DNA of 64,000 nucleotides from Oxalobacteraceae bacterium (GCA_003537575.1 DPRS01000016.1:1898-65897); one strand, 5' to 3'. Shown: positions 9,202-20,836, counted from the first letter of the stretch. A program made the numbers and translations. The notes: generated by a model from the letters alone, not told the origin.

Positions 9202-9885
9202 TTGAGTTTTTTTCAGAACAAGATCGTGCCCCGGATGCTCGGCATCGCCGCCGCTGCCGCTTTCGGTTTATGGGTCTTCATCGAAGTGGCGGAGCAGGTG
9301 CTGGAAGGCGAGACGGGCAGCTTCGACCGTGCCGTCCTGCTGGCCCTGCGCATGCGGGGCAACCCTGTCCATGCGCTGGGACCGGTCTGGATGGAAGGGG
9401 TGGCGCGGGATATCACGGCCCTGGGCAGCATTCCCGTACTGAGCCTGTTCGTGATCATCGTCGCCCTGTTCCTCATCTTGGTCAGGCGATGGTGGACCGC
9501 ATTTTTCGTGCTGCTGTCCACCGCGGGCGGCATCGCCGTTACCTTCCTGTTGAAGCATGTCTTCGGCCGCGCCCGCCCGGATTTGTTTCCTCATGGTGAT
9601 ATCGTGGTGTCGGCCAGTTTCCCGAGCGGACACGCGATGATTTCGGCCCTGGTTTATCTGACGCTTGGCGCTTTGGTGACCGGGCTGACGACATCCCGCA
9701 CGATCAAGGCGTATGTCATGCTTGTCGCGCTGGGGCTGACCGCGATCGTCGGCGCCAGCCGGGTCTATCTTGGCGTGCACTGGCCCACTGACGTACTGGC
9801 CGGCTGGGCTGCCGGCGCGGTCTGGGCGCTCGCCTGGTGGACCTTGGTCGAGCTGGCCAGGATCAGGGCCGGAGGCGTGAAGTGA
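9202..9885 (+). CDS. PAP2-family lipid phosphatase
   Basis: All three PAP2 motifs are present: KHVFGRARPD, SFPSGH and SRVYLGVHWPTD. The TTG at 9202 follows AAGAGGAAGA (a good SD). An alternative ATG lies at 9235. Confidence 0.85.
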   Translation: MSFFQNKIVPRMLGIAAAAAFGLWVFIEVAEQVLEGETGSFDRAVLLALRMRGNPVHALGPVWMEGVARDITALGSIPVLSLFVIIVALFLILVRRWWTAFFVLLSTAGGIAVTFLLKHVFGRARPDLFPHGDIVVSASFPSGHAMISALVYLTLGALVTGLTTSRTIKAYVMLVALGLTAIVGASRVYLGVHWPTDVLAGWAAGAVWALAWWTLVELARIRAGGVK

Positions 9886-10238
9886 AAGGGCTGCCATTCC
9901 ACAGGAGGGTGGTCTTTGCCCTGCATGGCATGAAGCTGGCGTTCAAGCGGGAGCGCAGCTTTCGGGCGCACGTACTGGCTGCCGCGGGCGTGGCGCTGGT
10001 CCTGGCGCTGGCGCGGCCGGCGGCAATATGGTGGGCGATCCTGGCATTGGCTGCGGGGCTTGTGCTGGTGGCGGAATTGCTCAACAGCGCGCTGGAAGCC
10101 CTCATCGATCACTTGCATCCGGATGAGCACCCGGAAGTCGGCGCAGCGAAAGATATTGCCGCCGGCGCCGTGCTGGTGGCTAGCGCGATTGCGTTGGCGG
10201 TGGGAGTTGCGTTCATGCTGGACTGGCTCGGCCGCTGA
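9882..10238 (+). CDS. dgkA: diacylglycerol kinase (prokaryotic DgkA family)
   Basis: The GTG at 9882 overlaps the PAP2 stop (GTGA). The product is about 118 aa with ELLNSALEALIDHL and KDIAAGAVL motifs. Confidence 0.85.
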   Translation: MKGLPFHRRVVFALHGMKLAFKRERSFRAHVLAAAGVALVLALARPAAIWWAILALAAGLVLVAELLNSALEALIDHLHPDEHPEVGAAKDIAAGAVLVASAIALAVGVAFMLDWLGR

Positions 10239-10358
10239 TCCGGCAAGCGCGTCGCTGGCGCGGCTGGCGGGATTGCCGGCGGATTCTGGCATCGTTCGTG
10301 CTTTTATCCGGTGTCCGAATGTATCCGCGAACGCACCGCCGTGAAAAAACATCCACCC

Positions 10359-11966
<1,608 letters not shown>

Positions 11967-12059
11967 CGAACAAAATGTCGACACATTGTTAACAAATTGT
12001 TTGATGCCTGGTAGGGGTGGATATTATGTAAGTAATTGATTTTAAATGTGATTTCTCCT

Positions 12060-12074
12060 TGGCACGTGCCTTGC
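12060..12074 (+). promoter_or_regulatory. sigma-54 (-24/-12) promoter
   Basis: TGGCACgtgccTTGC is a perfect match to TGGCAC-N5-TTGC. It lies 42 nt upstream of the ATG at 12116. The palindromes TGTCGACA (11976-11983) and TTGTTAACAA (11986-11995) upstream are candidate activator sites. Confidence 0.75.
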
Positions 12075-12115
12075 AATACAGAAGGCAACCAGTGCTCACC
12101 GAAAAGGAGATTTTC

Positions 12116-13324
12116 ATGCCCGCCATCATCCGCCCGTCAATCAGTCACCCCAGCAGTCGCCTCGATGGCACCCTCGCGCTGCATGGCGGCGGCTCAGTGG
12201 CCGACTCGCTGCCCGAGCTTGCCCCGATGCGCCGGCTGATTGCGGAAAAACTGGTGCCCAAAGTCCTGGACATCGATCTGCACGCCGAGTATCCGCAGGA
12301 ATTCATGCAGGCGCTGGGCGACATCGGCGGCTATCGCGGCGCCGCCGCCACCGAATTCGGCGGCAATGGCCTGGGCTTGAAACATATCATCCAGGTCATG
12401 GAGGAAGTCTCGAAGGAATGCCTCTCCAGCGGCTTCCTGGTCTGGTGCCAGACGGCGTGCTCGCGCTACATCCAGATGTCGGACAACCAGGAGGTGAAGC
12501 AAAAGCTTTTGCCGGCGATCGCCAGCGGCCGGATCCTGGCCGGCACCGGCCTGTCCAATACCGTGAAGTCCTGCGACACCATCGAGGAATTCCGCCTGAG
12601 CGCCAGGCGGGTCGGCGGCGGCTACATCATCAACGGCGTGCTGCCGTGGGTATCCAATCTCGGCCCCGACCATTTCTTCGCCACCGGCTGCCCGGTGGAA
12701 GGCGCCGGCAAGGACACCAACGACCTGGTGTTCGTGATGGTGGATTGCCGCCAGCCAGGCTTCAAGCTGGTCGATTGCGCCCATTTCGTCGCGCTCGACG
12801 GCACCCGCACGCTGGCCTGCCATTTCAAGGATGCCTTCATCCCGGATGCGATGGTGCTGTCCCACGCCGGCCGCACGGCCGATTACGTCAGGCGCATCAA
12901 GCCCGGCATGATCCTGGCCCAGATGGGCATGGGGCTGGGTCTCATCGAGGCCTGCGCCGGCATGATGCGGCAAGCCAACCGCACCCATGCCCACGTCAAC
13001 CAGTATCTCGACGACCAGGCCGGCGACATCGAGGAAGCCTTGCAAAAAGCGCGCAGTGTCACTTACGCGCTGGCGGACGAACTGAACCGCGACCCGAAGG
13101 CCGACCTCATTCTCGACATCCTCAAGCTGCGCCTGGCCGGCGGCGAACTTGCGCTGCGCGCCGCCAATGCGGCCATGCTGCATCAGGGCGCCAAGGGCTA
13201 CCTTATGCGCAATCCGGCCCAGCGCCGCCTGCGCGAAGCCTACTTCATCGCCATCGTCACGCCCGCCATCAAGCACTTGCGGCACGAGATCGCGCGCCTC
13301 GAGCAAGGCTGCGGCTGCAACTGA
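12116..13324 (+). CDS. acyl-CoA dehydrogenase-fold flavoprotein of unknown substrate
   Basis: The ATG follows AAAGGAGA. The track ORF start at 12059 would lie on top of the sigma-54 promoter. ACAD-like length and layout (402 aa), with an unusual C-terminus ...LEQGCGCN. Confidence 0.8.
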   Translation: MPAIIRPSISHPSSRLDGTLALHGGGSVADSLPELAPMRRLIAEKLVPKVLDIDLHAEYPQEFMQALGDIGGYRGAAATEFGGNGLGLKHIIQVMEEVSKECLSSGFLVWCQTACSRYIQMSDNQEVKQKLLPAIASGRILAGTGLSNTVKSCDTIEEFRLSARRVGGGYIINGVLPWVSNLGPDHFFATGCPVEGAGKDTNDLVFVMVDCRQPGFKLVDCAHFVALDGTRTLACHFKDAFIPDAMVLSHAGRTADYVRRIKPGMILAQMGMGLGLIEACAGMMRQANRTHAHVNQYLDDQAGDIEEALQKARSVTYALADELNRDPKADLILDILKLRLAGGELALRAANAAMLHQGAKGYLMRNPAQRRLREAYFIAIVTPAIKHLRHEIARLEQGCGCN

Positions 13325-13362
13325 GCGGCGCCTTTTCCATTTCATTCAATCAGGGGATCAGC

Positions 13363-13545
13363 ATGATCGAACTAACCGAAACCACCCAATGGCTGTGCAA
13401 GGTATGCAACTGGATCTATGACGAAACCAAGGGGGCGCCCGAGCACGGCATACCCGCCGGCACCCGCTTTGCCGACATTCCCGACGACTGGTACTGCCCC
13501 GAATGCGGCGTGACCAAGGTCGACTTCGAGCCGCTGGTGTTCTAA
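13363..13545 (+). CDS. rubredoxin
   Basis: 60 aa with two CxxC knuckles (CKVCNW and CPECG) and the WxCPxCG signature. It is embedded in the frame of a spurious long ORF (12418..13545). Confidence 0.9.
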   Translation: MIELTETTQWLCKVCNWIYDETKGAPEHGIPAGTRFADIPDDWYCPECGVTKVDFEPLVF

Positions 13546-13659
13546 ATGGTGCATCCGCCTGCCAGCGCACCGGCATCGTGCCGCGCGGCTGCACCAGAAG
13601 TGCGCCGGCGCGCCATGGCGGGGCTGTTGCGTCCGCAGGCAGGCAGCACTTCGTCCCAC

Positions 13660-13675
13660 AGGCACGATTGCTGCA
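13660..13675 (+). promoter_or_regulatory. second sigma-54-type promoter
   Basis: aGGCACgattgcTGCA has correct GG/GC spacing and lies 48 nt upstream of the binding-protein ATG at 13724. Confidence 0.6.
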
Positions 13676-13723
13676 TTTAACGCTAACGAGTCATCCCGGC
13701 CAATCCAACTACGGAGAAAATCC

Positions 13724-15070
13724 ATGTCACTGAACAATCCGTTTGATCCGAACGTCGACCTCCACAACGGCTGCAGCTGTGGCCAGCACGCCAGTCAGGC
13801 TGAACACGAACTGGACGAAGTCAACGCCATGAACCGCCGCGTGATCGAAAGCACGGTCATGCGCGCGCTGTTCCCGCAGGATGACGAACGGCGCCGCTTC
13901 CTGCGCACGGTCGGCTCCTCCACCGCGCTGGCGGCGATTTCCTCGCTGATTCCGTTCGGCGCGCTGGAGGCGATGGCGCAGGACAAGGGCAGCATCGAAA
14001 AGAAGGACCTGAAGATCGGCTTCATTCCCATCACCTGCGCCAGCCCGCTGATCATGGCCGAACCGCTCGGCTTCTACAGGAAGGAAGGGCTGAACGTCAG
14101 TATGGTCAAGACGGCAGGCTGGGCGCTGATCCGTGACAAGGTGATCAACAAGGAGTACGACGCTTCGCACATGCTGGCGCCGATGCCGATCGCCATGTCG
14201 ATGGGGCTGGGGTCGAATCCGCTGCCGACCAATGTCATGACCATCCAGAACGTCAACGGCCAGGCTATTGTGTTAGGCAACAAGCACAAGAACAACCGCG
14301 ATCCGAAGAACTGGAAAGGCTTCAAGTTCGCGATCCCGTTCGAGTATTCCATCCATAACCTGCTGCTGCGCTATTACCTCGCCGAGCATGGCGTCGATCC
14401 CGACAAGGATGTGCAGCTGCGCGTGGTGCCGCCGCCGGAAATGGTGGCAAATCTGCGCGCCGGCAATATCGACGGCTTCCTCGGGCCGGACCCGGTCAAC
14501 CAGCGCGCCGTCTACGACGAGATCGGCTTCATCCATATCCTGTCGCGCGAGATCTGGGACGGCCATCCCTGCTGCTCGTTCGCGGTGCCGGCCGATTTCA
14601 TCCGCGAAAATCCGAACACCTTCGCGGCGCTGTACCGCGCCATCCTGAAATCGGCGGCGATGGCGCGCGATCCGAAGAGCCGTCCGATGATGGCTGAAGT
14701 CCTGGCGCCGGCCAATTACCTCAATCAGCCCAAGGCCGTGCTGGCGCAGGTGCTGACCGGGAGATTCGCCGACGGCCTGGGCAATGTTGTGAATGCGCCC
14801 AACCGCGTCGACTACGATCCCTTCCCCTGGTATTCGATGGCTTACTGGATCATGTCCCAGCTCAAGCGCTGGAGCTACGTCAAGGGCGACGTTCGCTACA
14901 AGGATATCGCCGAAAAGGTTTACCTGCTCACCGACGCCAGGAAATACATGGGCCAGATCGGCATGACGCCGCCGAAGGAAACGTCGAAGAAGTTCACGGT
15001 GATGGGCAAGGAATTCGACCCCGCCAAGGTCGATGCCTATGCCGGCAGCTTCGCCATCACGCGCGCCTAG
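13724..15070 (+). CDS. NitT/TauT-family ABC substrate-binding protein (CynA/NrtA-like) with Tat signal
   Basis: 448 aa with a twin-arginine leader RRRFLRTVGSSTALAAI...ALEAMA. It sits directly upstream of the permease, ATPase and cyanase genes. Confidence 0.85.
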   Translation: MSLNNPFDPNVDLHNGCSCGQHASQAEHELDEVNAMNRRVIESTVMRALFPQDDERRRFLRTVGSSTALAAISSLIPFGALEAMAQDKGSIEKKDLKIGFIPITCASPLIMAEPLGFYRKEGLNVSMVKTAGWALIRDKVINKEYDASHMLAPMPIAMSMGLGSNPLPTNVMTIQNVNGQAIVLGNKHKNNRDPKNWKGFKFAIPFEYSIHNLLLRYYLAEHGVDPDKDVQLRVVPPPEMVANLRAGNIDGFLGPDPVNQRAVYDEIGFIHILSREIWDGHPCCSFAVPADFIRENPNTFAALYRAILKSAAMARDPKSRPMMAEVLAPANYLNQPKAVLAQVLTGRFADGLGNVVNAPNRVDYDPFPWYSMAYWIMSQLKRWSYVKGDVRYKDIAEKVYLLTDARKYMGQIGMTPPKETSKKFTVMGKEFDPAKVDAYAGSFAITRA

Positions 15071-15087
15071 GCGAAAAGGAGAATTCC

Positions 15088-15930
15088 ATGTCACTCAAGC
15101 AAACTCTTCGCGCGGCGCTGATCTCGGTGGTGATCTTCGCCTGCTTCCTCGCCATCTGGCAGCTTGCCACGCAAGCCAAGCCCGCAGCCGCCGTTTCCGC
15201 GGCGGATGCGGAATACGCGGCACTGATGGGCAAGGGGCAGGACAAGGCCAGCGGTTTTCCGCCGCCGGCCAAGGTGGCCGAAGCATTCGTCACCTACCTC
15301 GCCGATCCGTTCTACGACCATGGGCCGAACGACAAAGGCATCGGCATCCAGCTGGCGCATTCGCTCGGTCGGGTCGGACTGGGCTTCTTCCTGGCGATCG
15401 CGGTGGCGCTGCCGCTGGGCTTTGCGATCGGCATGTCGCCGCTGCTGTTCCAGGCCCTGAACCCCTTCATCCAGGTGCTCAAGCCGATCTCGCCGCTGGC
15501 GTGGATGCCGCTGGCACTCTACAGCCTGAAGGATTCGTCGGTGTCCGGCATCTTCGTGATCTTCATCTGCTCGATCTGGCCGATGCTGATCAACACCGCT
15601 TTCGGCGTGGCCTCGGTGCGGCGCGACTGGATCAACGTCGCCCGCACGCTGGAAGTCAGCCCGCTGCGCAAGGCTTTCCTGGTGATCCTGCCGGCCGCCG
15701 CGCCGACCATCCTCACCGGCATGCGGATCTCGATGGGCATCGCCTGGCTGGTGATCGTCGCCGCCGAAATGCTGGTGGGAGGCACCGGGGTCGGCTATTT
15801 CGTCTGGAACGAATGGAACAACCTGGCGCTGCCCAACGTGATCTTCGCGGTGCTGATGATCGGCCTGGTCGGCATGTTCCTCGACCAGATGTTCGGCCTC
15901 CTCCAGAAATTTGTCACTTACCGGGAATAG
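15088..15930 (+). CDS. ABC transporter permease (CynB/NrtB-like)
   Basis: 280-aa polytopic membrane protein in the conserved position within the transporter operon. Confidence 0.9.
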   Translation: MSLKQTLRAALISVVIFACFLAIWQLATQAKPAAAVSAADAEYAALMGKGQDKASGFPPPAKVAEAFVTYLADPFYDHGPNDKGIGIQLAHSLGRVGLGFFLAIAVALPLGFAIGMSPLLFQALNPFIQVLKPISPLAWMPLALYSLKDSSVSGIFVIFICSIWPMLINTAFGVASVRRDWINVARTLEVSPLRKAFLVILPAAAPTILTGMRISMGIAWLVIVAAEMLVGGTGVGYFVWNEWNNLALPNVIFAVLMIGLVGMFLDQMFGLLQKFVTYRE

Positions 15931-15934
15931 TCAC

Positions 15935-16867
15935 ATGAGCACGCATTTTCTCAGCGTCGAAGGCTTGAAAAAGTCTTATCCGACCAGTCACGGGCCGATC
16001 AACCCGCCGGTCTTTGAAAACATCCACTTCGGCATCGACAAGGGCGAGTTCGTCTGCATCATCGGCCATTCCGGCTGTGGCAAGACGACCATCCTGAACG
16101 TCCTGGCCGGCCTCGAGGAAGCCAGCGCCGGCCACGTCATCATGGATGGCAAGGAAGTCCGCGGCCCCAGCCTGGACCGTGGGGTGGTGTTCCAGAGCCA
16201 TGCGCTGATGCCGTGGATGACAGTGCTCGGCAACGTCGCCTTCGCGGTCAAGTCGAAATGGCCGGACTGGCCGAAGGACAAGGTCGAGCGGCATTGCGCC
16301 GACTACCTGGAAATGGTCGGCCTCGGCCATGCCATGCACAAGAAGCCGTCCGAGCTGTCCGGCGGCATGAAGCAGCGCGTCGGCATCGCCCGCGCCTTCG
16401 CCATCCAGCCGAAGGTGCTGCTGCTGGACGAACCGTTCGGTGCGCTCGACGCCCTGACGCGCGGCACCATCCAGGACGAACTGCTGAAGATCGTCCAGGC
16501 CACGCGGCAAACCGTGTTCATGATCACGCACGATGTCGATGAGGCGATCCTGCTCGCCGACAAGATCCTCATGATGAGCAACGGGCCGCTGGCGAAGATC
16601 GCCGAAATCGTCGAGATCACCATGCCGCGCGAGCGCACCCGCGCGGAAATCCATCACGACCCGCAGTATTACCGCATCCGCAATCACCTGGTCGATTTCC
16701 TGGTGAACCGCTCGAAAGCCTTCGCCGATGCCGCCGCCACCGTGCTGCACGATCCGAAGAGCCCGCCGGTCGTCAGGCCCGGACTCGCGCCGGATAACGG
16801 CGATGTCCCGCCGGCCGGCACGAATGGGGTAGGCGCGGCAACCCCGCAACTCGTCATCAGTCGTTAA
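15935..16867 (+). CDS. ABC transporter ATP-binding protein (CynD/NrtD-like)
   Basis: Walker [10 protein letters not shown], signature LSGGMKQR and Walker B LLLDEPF. I prefer the ATG at 15935 ([11 protein letters not shown]). Confidence 0.9.
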   Translation: MSTHFLSVEGLKKSYPTSHGPINPPVFENIHFGIDKGEFVCIIGHSGCGKTTILNVLAGLEEASAGHVIMDGKEVRGPSLDRGVVFQSHALMPWMTVLGNVAFAVKSKWPDWPKDKVERHCADYLEMVGLGHAMHKKPSELSGGMKQRVGIARAFAIQPKVLLLDEPFGALDALTRGTIQDELLKIVQATRQTVFMITHDVDEAILLADKILMMSNGPLAKIAEIVEITMPRERTRAEIHHDPQYYRIRNHLVDFLVNRSKAFADAAATVLHDPKSPPVVRPGLAPDNGDVPPAGTNGVGAATPQLVISR

Positions 16868-16895
16868 TCATTCGCCAAACCCAAAGGAGCAAATC

Positions 16896-17339
16896 ATGAA
16901 CCGTAACGATGTCACCGAAATGATCGTCGCCACCAAGATCCGCAAGGAAATCAAGTGGGCGGACGTGGCCGAAAAAATCGGTCTTTCCAAGGAATGGGTC
17001 ACCGCCGGCTGCCTCGGCCAGATGACCTTCGACGCCACCCAGGCCGGCAAGCTGGGCGATATCTTCGAACTGCCGGAAGAAGCGGTGAAGCTGCTGCAAG
17101 TGGTGCCCTACAAGGGTTCGCTGCCGACCTCGGTGCCCACCGACCCGCTGATCTACCGCTTCTATGAGCTCATCAGCGTCTACGGCACCACCTTCAAGGC
17201 GCTGATCCATGAAGAATTCGGCGACGGCATCATGTCGGCGATCGACTTCAAGATGGATTTGCAGCGCGAGCCCAACCCGGCCGGCGACCGCGTCAGCATC
17301 ACCATGTCGGGCAAGTTCCTGCCCTACAAGACCTATTGA
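16896..17339 (+). CDS. cynS: cyanate hydratase (cyanase)
   Basis: 147 aa with an N-terminal HTH-like part and a conserved C-terminal cyanase domain (VPTDPLIYRFYE...ISVYG...SAIDF). Length and sequence are typical of CynS. Confidence 0.95.
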   Translation: MNRNDVTEMIVATKIRKEIKWADVAEKIGLSKEWVTAGCLGQMTFDATQAGKLGDIFELPEEAVKLLQVVPYKGSLPTSVPTDPLIYRFYELISVYGTTFKALIHEEFGDGIMSAIDFKMDLQREPNPAGDRVSITMSGKFLPYKTY

Positions 17340-17374
17340 TACGCACATTTTTTTATTCTTACCAGGAGTTATCC

Positions 17375-17932
17375 ATGTCGGCACAAACTGCAGAAAAAAT
17401 CGAAACAGTGAAAACCTATCTTCGCCCGATCAACCGTGACGGCCTGCTGGAATTCGCTGTTTCCGGCAAGTCCAATCCCGAGCGCCGCGGCACCAACAAG
17501 GTCCGCACCGTGATGCAGGGGCAGTTCCGCTCGTGGAGCTATGTCGGCGAGCATAATCCGGTGGTGGTCGACGAACCCCTGCACCTGTTCGGCGAAAACA
17601 CCGTGCCGGCGCCGGGCGAGGTGGCCCTGTCCGCGCTCGGCGGCTGCCTTGGCGTCGGCATCACCGCGGTGGCGACGTATCGCCAGGTGAAGCTGTCGAA
17701 GCTGGAAATCCATCTGGAAGGCGACATCGGCAATACGGCGGCCTGGGGCGCCGGCGGTGCGCTGCGCGAGCCGTCGCAGATGGGCTTCCAGGAAATCCGC
17801 GTGAAGGTGCTGATCGAAGGCGACGCCACCCGCGAGGAACTGGATGACATCGTCAAGCACGCCAACTATTTCTCGCCGGTGGCCAACACCATGCGCAATC
17901 CGATCCCCTTCAAGATCGCGCTGCTGGACTGA
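17375..17932 (+). CDS. OsmC/Ohr-family protein
   Basis: The ATG follows AGGAG. Family features are ALGGCLGVGITAVA and the C-terminal YFSPVANT block. Confidence 0.8.
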   Translation: MSAQTAEKIETVKTYLRPINRDGLLEFAVSGKSNPERRGTNKVRTVMQGQFRSWSYVGEHNPVVVDEPLHLFGENTVPAPGEVALSALGGCLGVGITAVATYRQVKLSKLEIHLEGDIGNTAAWGAGGALREPSQMGFQEIRVKVLIEGDATREELDDIVKHANYFSPVANTMRNPIPFKIALLD

Positions 17933-18009
17933 GTTGTGCAACCGGCAGGCTTGACCGGCGCGGCACCCATCTGCCGCGCCGGCCAGGCGCCATTCAACCC
18001 GAGCGCCCA

Positions 18010-19158
18010 ATGAGCAAACCCATTCTGATCGTCGGCAGCGGCCTGGCCGGCATTACCGTCGCGCGCGAGTTCCTCAAGCTGGCGCCGGACCAGGACGTCC
18101 TGATCGTGACCGCCGACGATGGCGGCTTCTATTCCAAGCCCAGCCTGTCGACCGCGCTGGCGGCGGGCAAGCAGCCGGCGCAGCTCATGCTGACGCCGGC
18201 CGACGTCCTGGCCAGGCAAACCGGCGTGCGCATCCTGCCGCATGTGCGGGTTGAGCGCATCGACACGGCTGCCGCGGCGATCGATACCAGTGCCGGCCGC
18301 CTCGAATACGAGCGGCTGGTGCTTGCTACCGGCGCGCGGCAAATCCGCCTGCCGCTGAGCGGCGACGGCGTCGCCGACATCCTGGCGGTCAACAGCCTGG
18401 ATGACTATGCAGAATTCCGGCGCAAGCTCGAAGGCTGCCGTGCCGTCGCCATCATCGGCGCCGGCCTGATCGGCTGCGAGTTCGCCAACGACCTGCGGCG
18501 CGGCGGCTATGAGGTCGCCGTCCATGACGTGGCGCCGCGCCTGCTCGCACGCTTGCTGCCGCCGCGCGCCTCGGCATTCCTGCAGGCGCGGCTGGAAGAG
18601 GAGGGGGTGCAATTCCGTTTTTGCAGCGAACTGGCGGCCGTGCACAGGGAAGATGGCGGCTATCGCCTGACCGACCGGGCGGGTGCCAGCACGCGCGCCG
18701 ATCTCGTGCTGTCCGCCGTGGGACTGGCGCCGGCCATGGAGCTGGCGCAGGCGGCCGGCATCGCAACGCGGCGCGGCATCGTCGTCGACCGCCTGCTGCG
18801 CACTTCCGCGCCGGGCGTGTTCGCGCTGGGCGACTGCGCTGAAGTGGAGGGCCACCTTTTGCCGTATGTGCAGCCCATCATGCTGGCCGCCAGGGCGCTG
18901 GCCCGCACGCTGGCCGGCACGCCGACCGCGGTCGCCTATCCCGCCATGCCGGTCACGGTAAAGACGCCGGCCTGCGCGGCCGTGCTGTGTCCGCCGCCGC
19001 AAGGCCGCAGCGGAACGTGGCAGGAGAGCGTGGGACCGCAGGGCGCCAGGGCAGTGCATTGCTGCGGCGATGGCGGGGAAACGCTCGGCTTCGCCCTGCT
19101 CGGTGACGCCGCCGGCGAACGGCAGCAACTGGCGGCGCAGTTGCCGGCCTGGTTATAA
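18010..19158 (+). CDS. FAD-dependent pyridine-nucleotide oxidoreductase, rubredoxin-NAD(+) reductase-like
   Basis: There are two dinucleotide folds (IVGSGLAG and IIGAGLIGCEFA). At 382 aa its length and layout resemble AlkT/RubB-type rubredoxin reductases. Confidence 0.8.
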   Translation: MSKPILIVGSGLAGITVAREFLKLAPDQDVLIVTADDGGFYSKPSLSTALAAGKQPAQLMLTPADVLARQTGVRILPHVRVERIDTAAAAIDTSAGRLEYERLVLATGARQIRLPLSGDGVADILAVNSLDDYAEFRRKLEGCRAVAIIGAGLIGCEFANDLRRGGYEVAVHDVAPRLLARLLPPRASAFLQARLEEEGVQFRFCSELAAVHREDGGYRLTDRAGASTRADLVLSAVGLAPAMELAQAAGIATRRGIVVDRLLRTSAPGVFALGDCAEVEGHLLPYVQPIMLAARALARTLAGTPTAVAYPAMPVTVKTPACAAVLCPPPQGRSGTWQESVGPQGARAVHCCGDGGETLGFALLGDAAGERQQLAAQLPAWL

Positions 19159-19180
19159 ATCCACAGAGGAGGCAGGCGAG

Positions 19181-19978
19181 ATGGTGACGTATCTAGGACT
19201 GGGCATGATCATCGGCGTGATCCTGGCGCTGACCGGCGCCGGCGGCGGCATTCTGGCGGTTCCCATGCTGGTTTTCGGCGCGCAGCTCGAGATCACGCAG
19301 GCGGCTCCGGTCGGCCTGCTGTCGGTAGGCATGGCGGCCCTTCTCGGCGCCGGCATCGCTCTCAGGTCGGGCGCAGTCCGCTACCGGGCCGCGCTCCTGA
19401 TCGCCCTGGCCGGCGCGCTGGTATCGCCGTTCGGGGCAGAAATCGCCCGCGCCACCGACACCCGCTGGCTCAGCATGCTGTTCGCCCTGGTGTTGCTGTT
19501 CGTCGCCTGGCGCGCGTTTCACCATGGCAGCGCCGCGGCGAAGAGGCGCGCCGCGCCGGCACGCCTGCCGCCATGCGTGCGCGCCGAAGCCGACGGCCGT
19601 TTCGTCTGGACTTCTCGGTGCGCCAGGACGCTGGCCGCAGCGGGCGCGATCGCCGGGCTGTTGTCAGGCGTCCTCGGCGTTGGCGGCGGTTTCGTGATGG
19701 TGCCCGCGCTGCAGCGCCACACCGATCTCGACATGCAATCGATCGTGCCGACCTCGCTGGCGGTGATTGCCCTGCTCTCGGGCGCCGGGGTGGTCACCAG
19801 CGCCTTCGCCGGGCACCTGGACTGGATGGTCGCCATGCCGTTTGCAGCGGGGACGCTGGCAGGGATGATGGCAGGACGGCTGGCCGCATCGCGCCTGTCC
19901 GGTGCGCGCCTGCAGAAGGCCTTCGCACTGGCCGCCGCGGTAGTCGCCGCCGTCATGTTGACGAAAGCTATCGCATGA
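19181..19978 (+). CDS. TauE/SafE-family anion (sulfite-type) exporter
   Basis: The ATG follows GAGGAGG. It has the LTGAGGGILAVPMLVF repeat and a second GVGGGFVMVPAL repeat, and is a polytopic membrane protein. Confidence 0.85.
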   Translation: MVTYLGLGMIIGVILALTGAGGGILAVPMLVFGAQLEITQAAPVGLLSVGMAALLGAGIALRSGAVRYRAALLIALAGALVSPFGAEIARATDTRWLSMLFALVLLFVAWRAFHHGSAAAKRRAAPARLPPCVRAEADGRFVWTSRCARTLAAAGAIAGLLSGVLGVGGGFVMVPALQRHTDLDMQSIVPTSLAVIALLSGAGVVTSAFAGHLDWMVAMPFAAGTLAGMMAGRLAASRLSGARLQKAFALAAAVVAAVMLTKAIA

Positions 19979-20103
19979 ACGCGCTGCGCACGCGGCCATG
20001 CCTATCCGGAAAAATGCAATGAATTCATCCTGCGCGCAGTCCATGGCCCGGTTGCGCGCAGCACATCAACGCCGCCGTGCGGCACGGAGTTTGGGAGTTT
20101 TTC

Positions 20104-20805
20104 ATGAACATGCAACCGATTCAGCTATTCGACCCCGAATCTTGCACTTTCACTTACATACTGGCTGCCCGCGAGGTTGGCGAGGCCGTCATCATCGATC
20201 CGGTGGACAGGCACTGGGAAAGGGATCTGCAGCAACTGGAGCGGCTGGGCCTGTCGCTGGCCTTCGTGCTGGAGACGCATGCGCATGCGGACCACGTGAC
20301 TTCGGCCGGCAAGCTGGCGCGACTGACTGGCGCAAGAACCGCCGTTCCGGGAGGATGCGGCATTGATCCGGCCGACGTGCAGCTCGAGGATGGCGATATC
20401 CTTCGCTTCGGCAAGGAGGTGCAGATCCAGGTCATCCATACCCCAGGCCACACTGCGGGCAGCATGTGCTTCATCTGGCGCGGCAACGTGTTTACAGGCG
20501 ATACCCTGCTGATCGACGGCTGCGGCAGAACCGATTTTCAGAGCGGCAGCGCCGAATCGCTGTTTGCAAGCATTACGGACAAACTGTTCTCGCTGCCGGA
20601 CAGCACGCTCGTCTGGCCGGGCCATGACTACATGGGGCGAACGGTGTCGACGATACGCTGGGAACGTGAGCACAACCGGCGCCTGGCGAACCGTGCCAGG
20701 GATGACTTTGTCGCCCTGATGCGGGAGGTTTGCCTGCCGATGCCGAAGATGATCGATGTCGCGGTGCCAGCAAATCGCAATCTGGGGCTGGACAGAGATA
20801 TTTGA
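20104..20805 (+). CDS. MBL-fold hydrolase, ETHE1/persulfide-dioxygenase-like
   Basis: HAHADH metal motif, HTPGHT, and GDTLLIDGCGRTDFQ, which is typical of the persulfide dioxygenase/glyoxalase II-like subgroup. Confidence 0.8.
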   Translation: MNMQPIQLFDPESCTFTYILAAREVGEAVIIDPVDRHWERDLQQLERLGLSLAFVLETHAHADHVTSAGKLARLTGARTAVPGGCGIDPADVQLEDGDILRFGKEVQIQVIHTPGHTAGSMCFIWRGNVFTGDTLLIDGCGRTDFQSGSAESLFASITDKLFSLPDSTLVWPGHDYMGRTVSTIRWEREHNRRLANRARDDFVALMREVCLPMPKMIDVAVPANRNLGLDRDI

Positions 20806-20809
20806 AAAA

Positions 20810-20836
20810 ATGCCAGTCAGCTTGACTGACTGGCAT
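20810..20836. terminator. hairpin between convergent genes (likely terminator, best for the minus-strand gene)
   Basis: ATGCCAGTCAG-cttga-CTGACTGGCAT forms an 11-bp perfect stem. An A6 run lies on the left, which is a T-run for the minus-strand transcript. Confidence 0.5.

Noticed and set aside
12194-13345. 383-aa minus-strand ORF, and the + ORF 12418..13545
   Set aside because: These are shadow frames of the ACAD-fold gene. Only the last 60 codons of 12418..13545 are real (the rubredoxin).
17933-18009. Sigma-54-like GGCACccatcTGCC before the rubredoxin-reductase gene
   Set aside because: The GG-to-GC spacing is one nucleotide too short.
17866-19128. 420-aa minus-strand ORF
   Set aside because: It lies antisense to the rubredoxin-reductase-like gene, which has clear dinucleotide-binding motifs.
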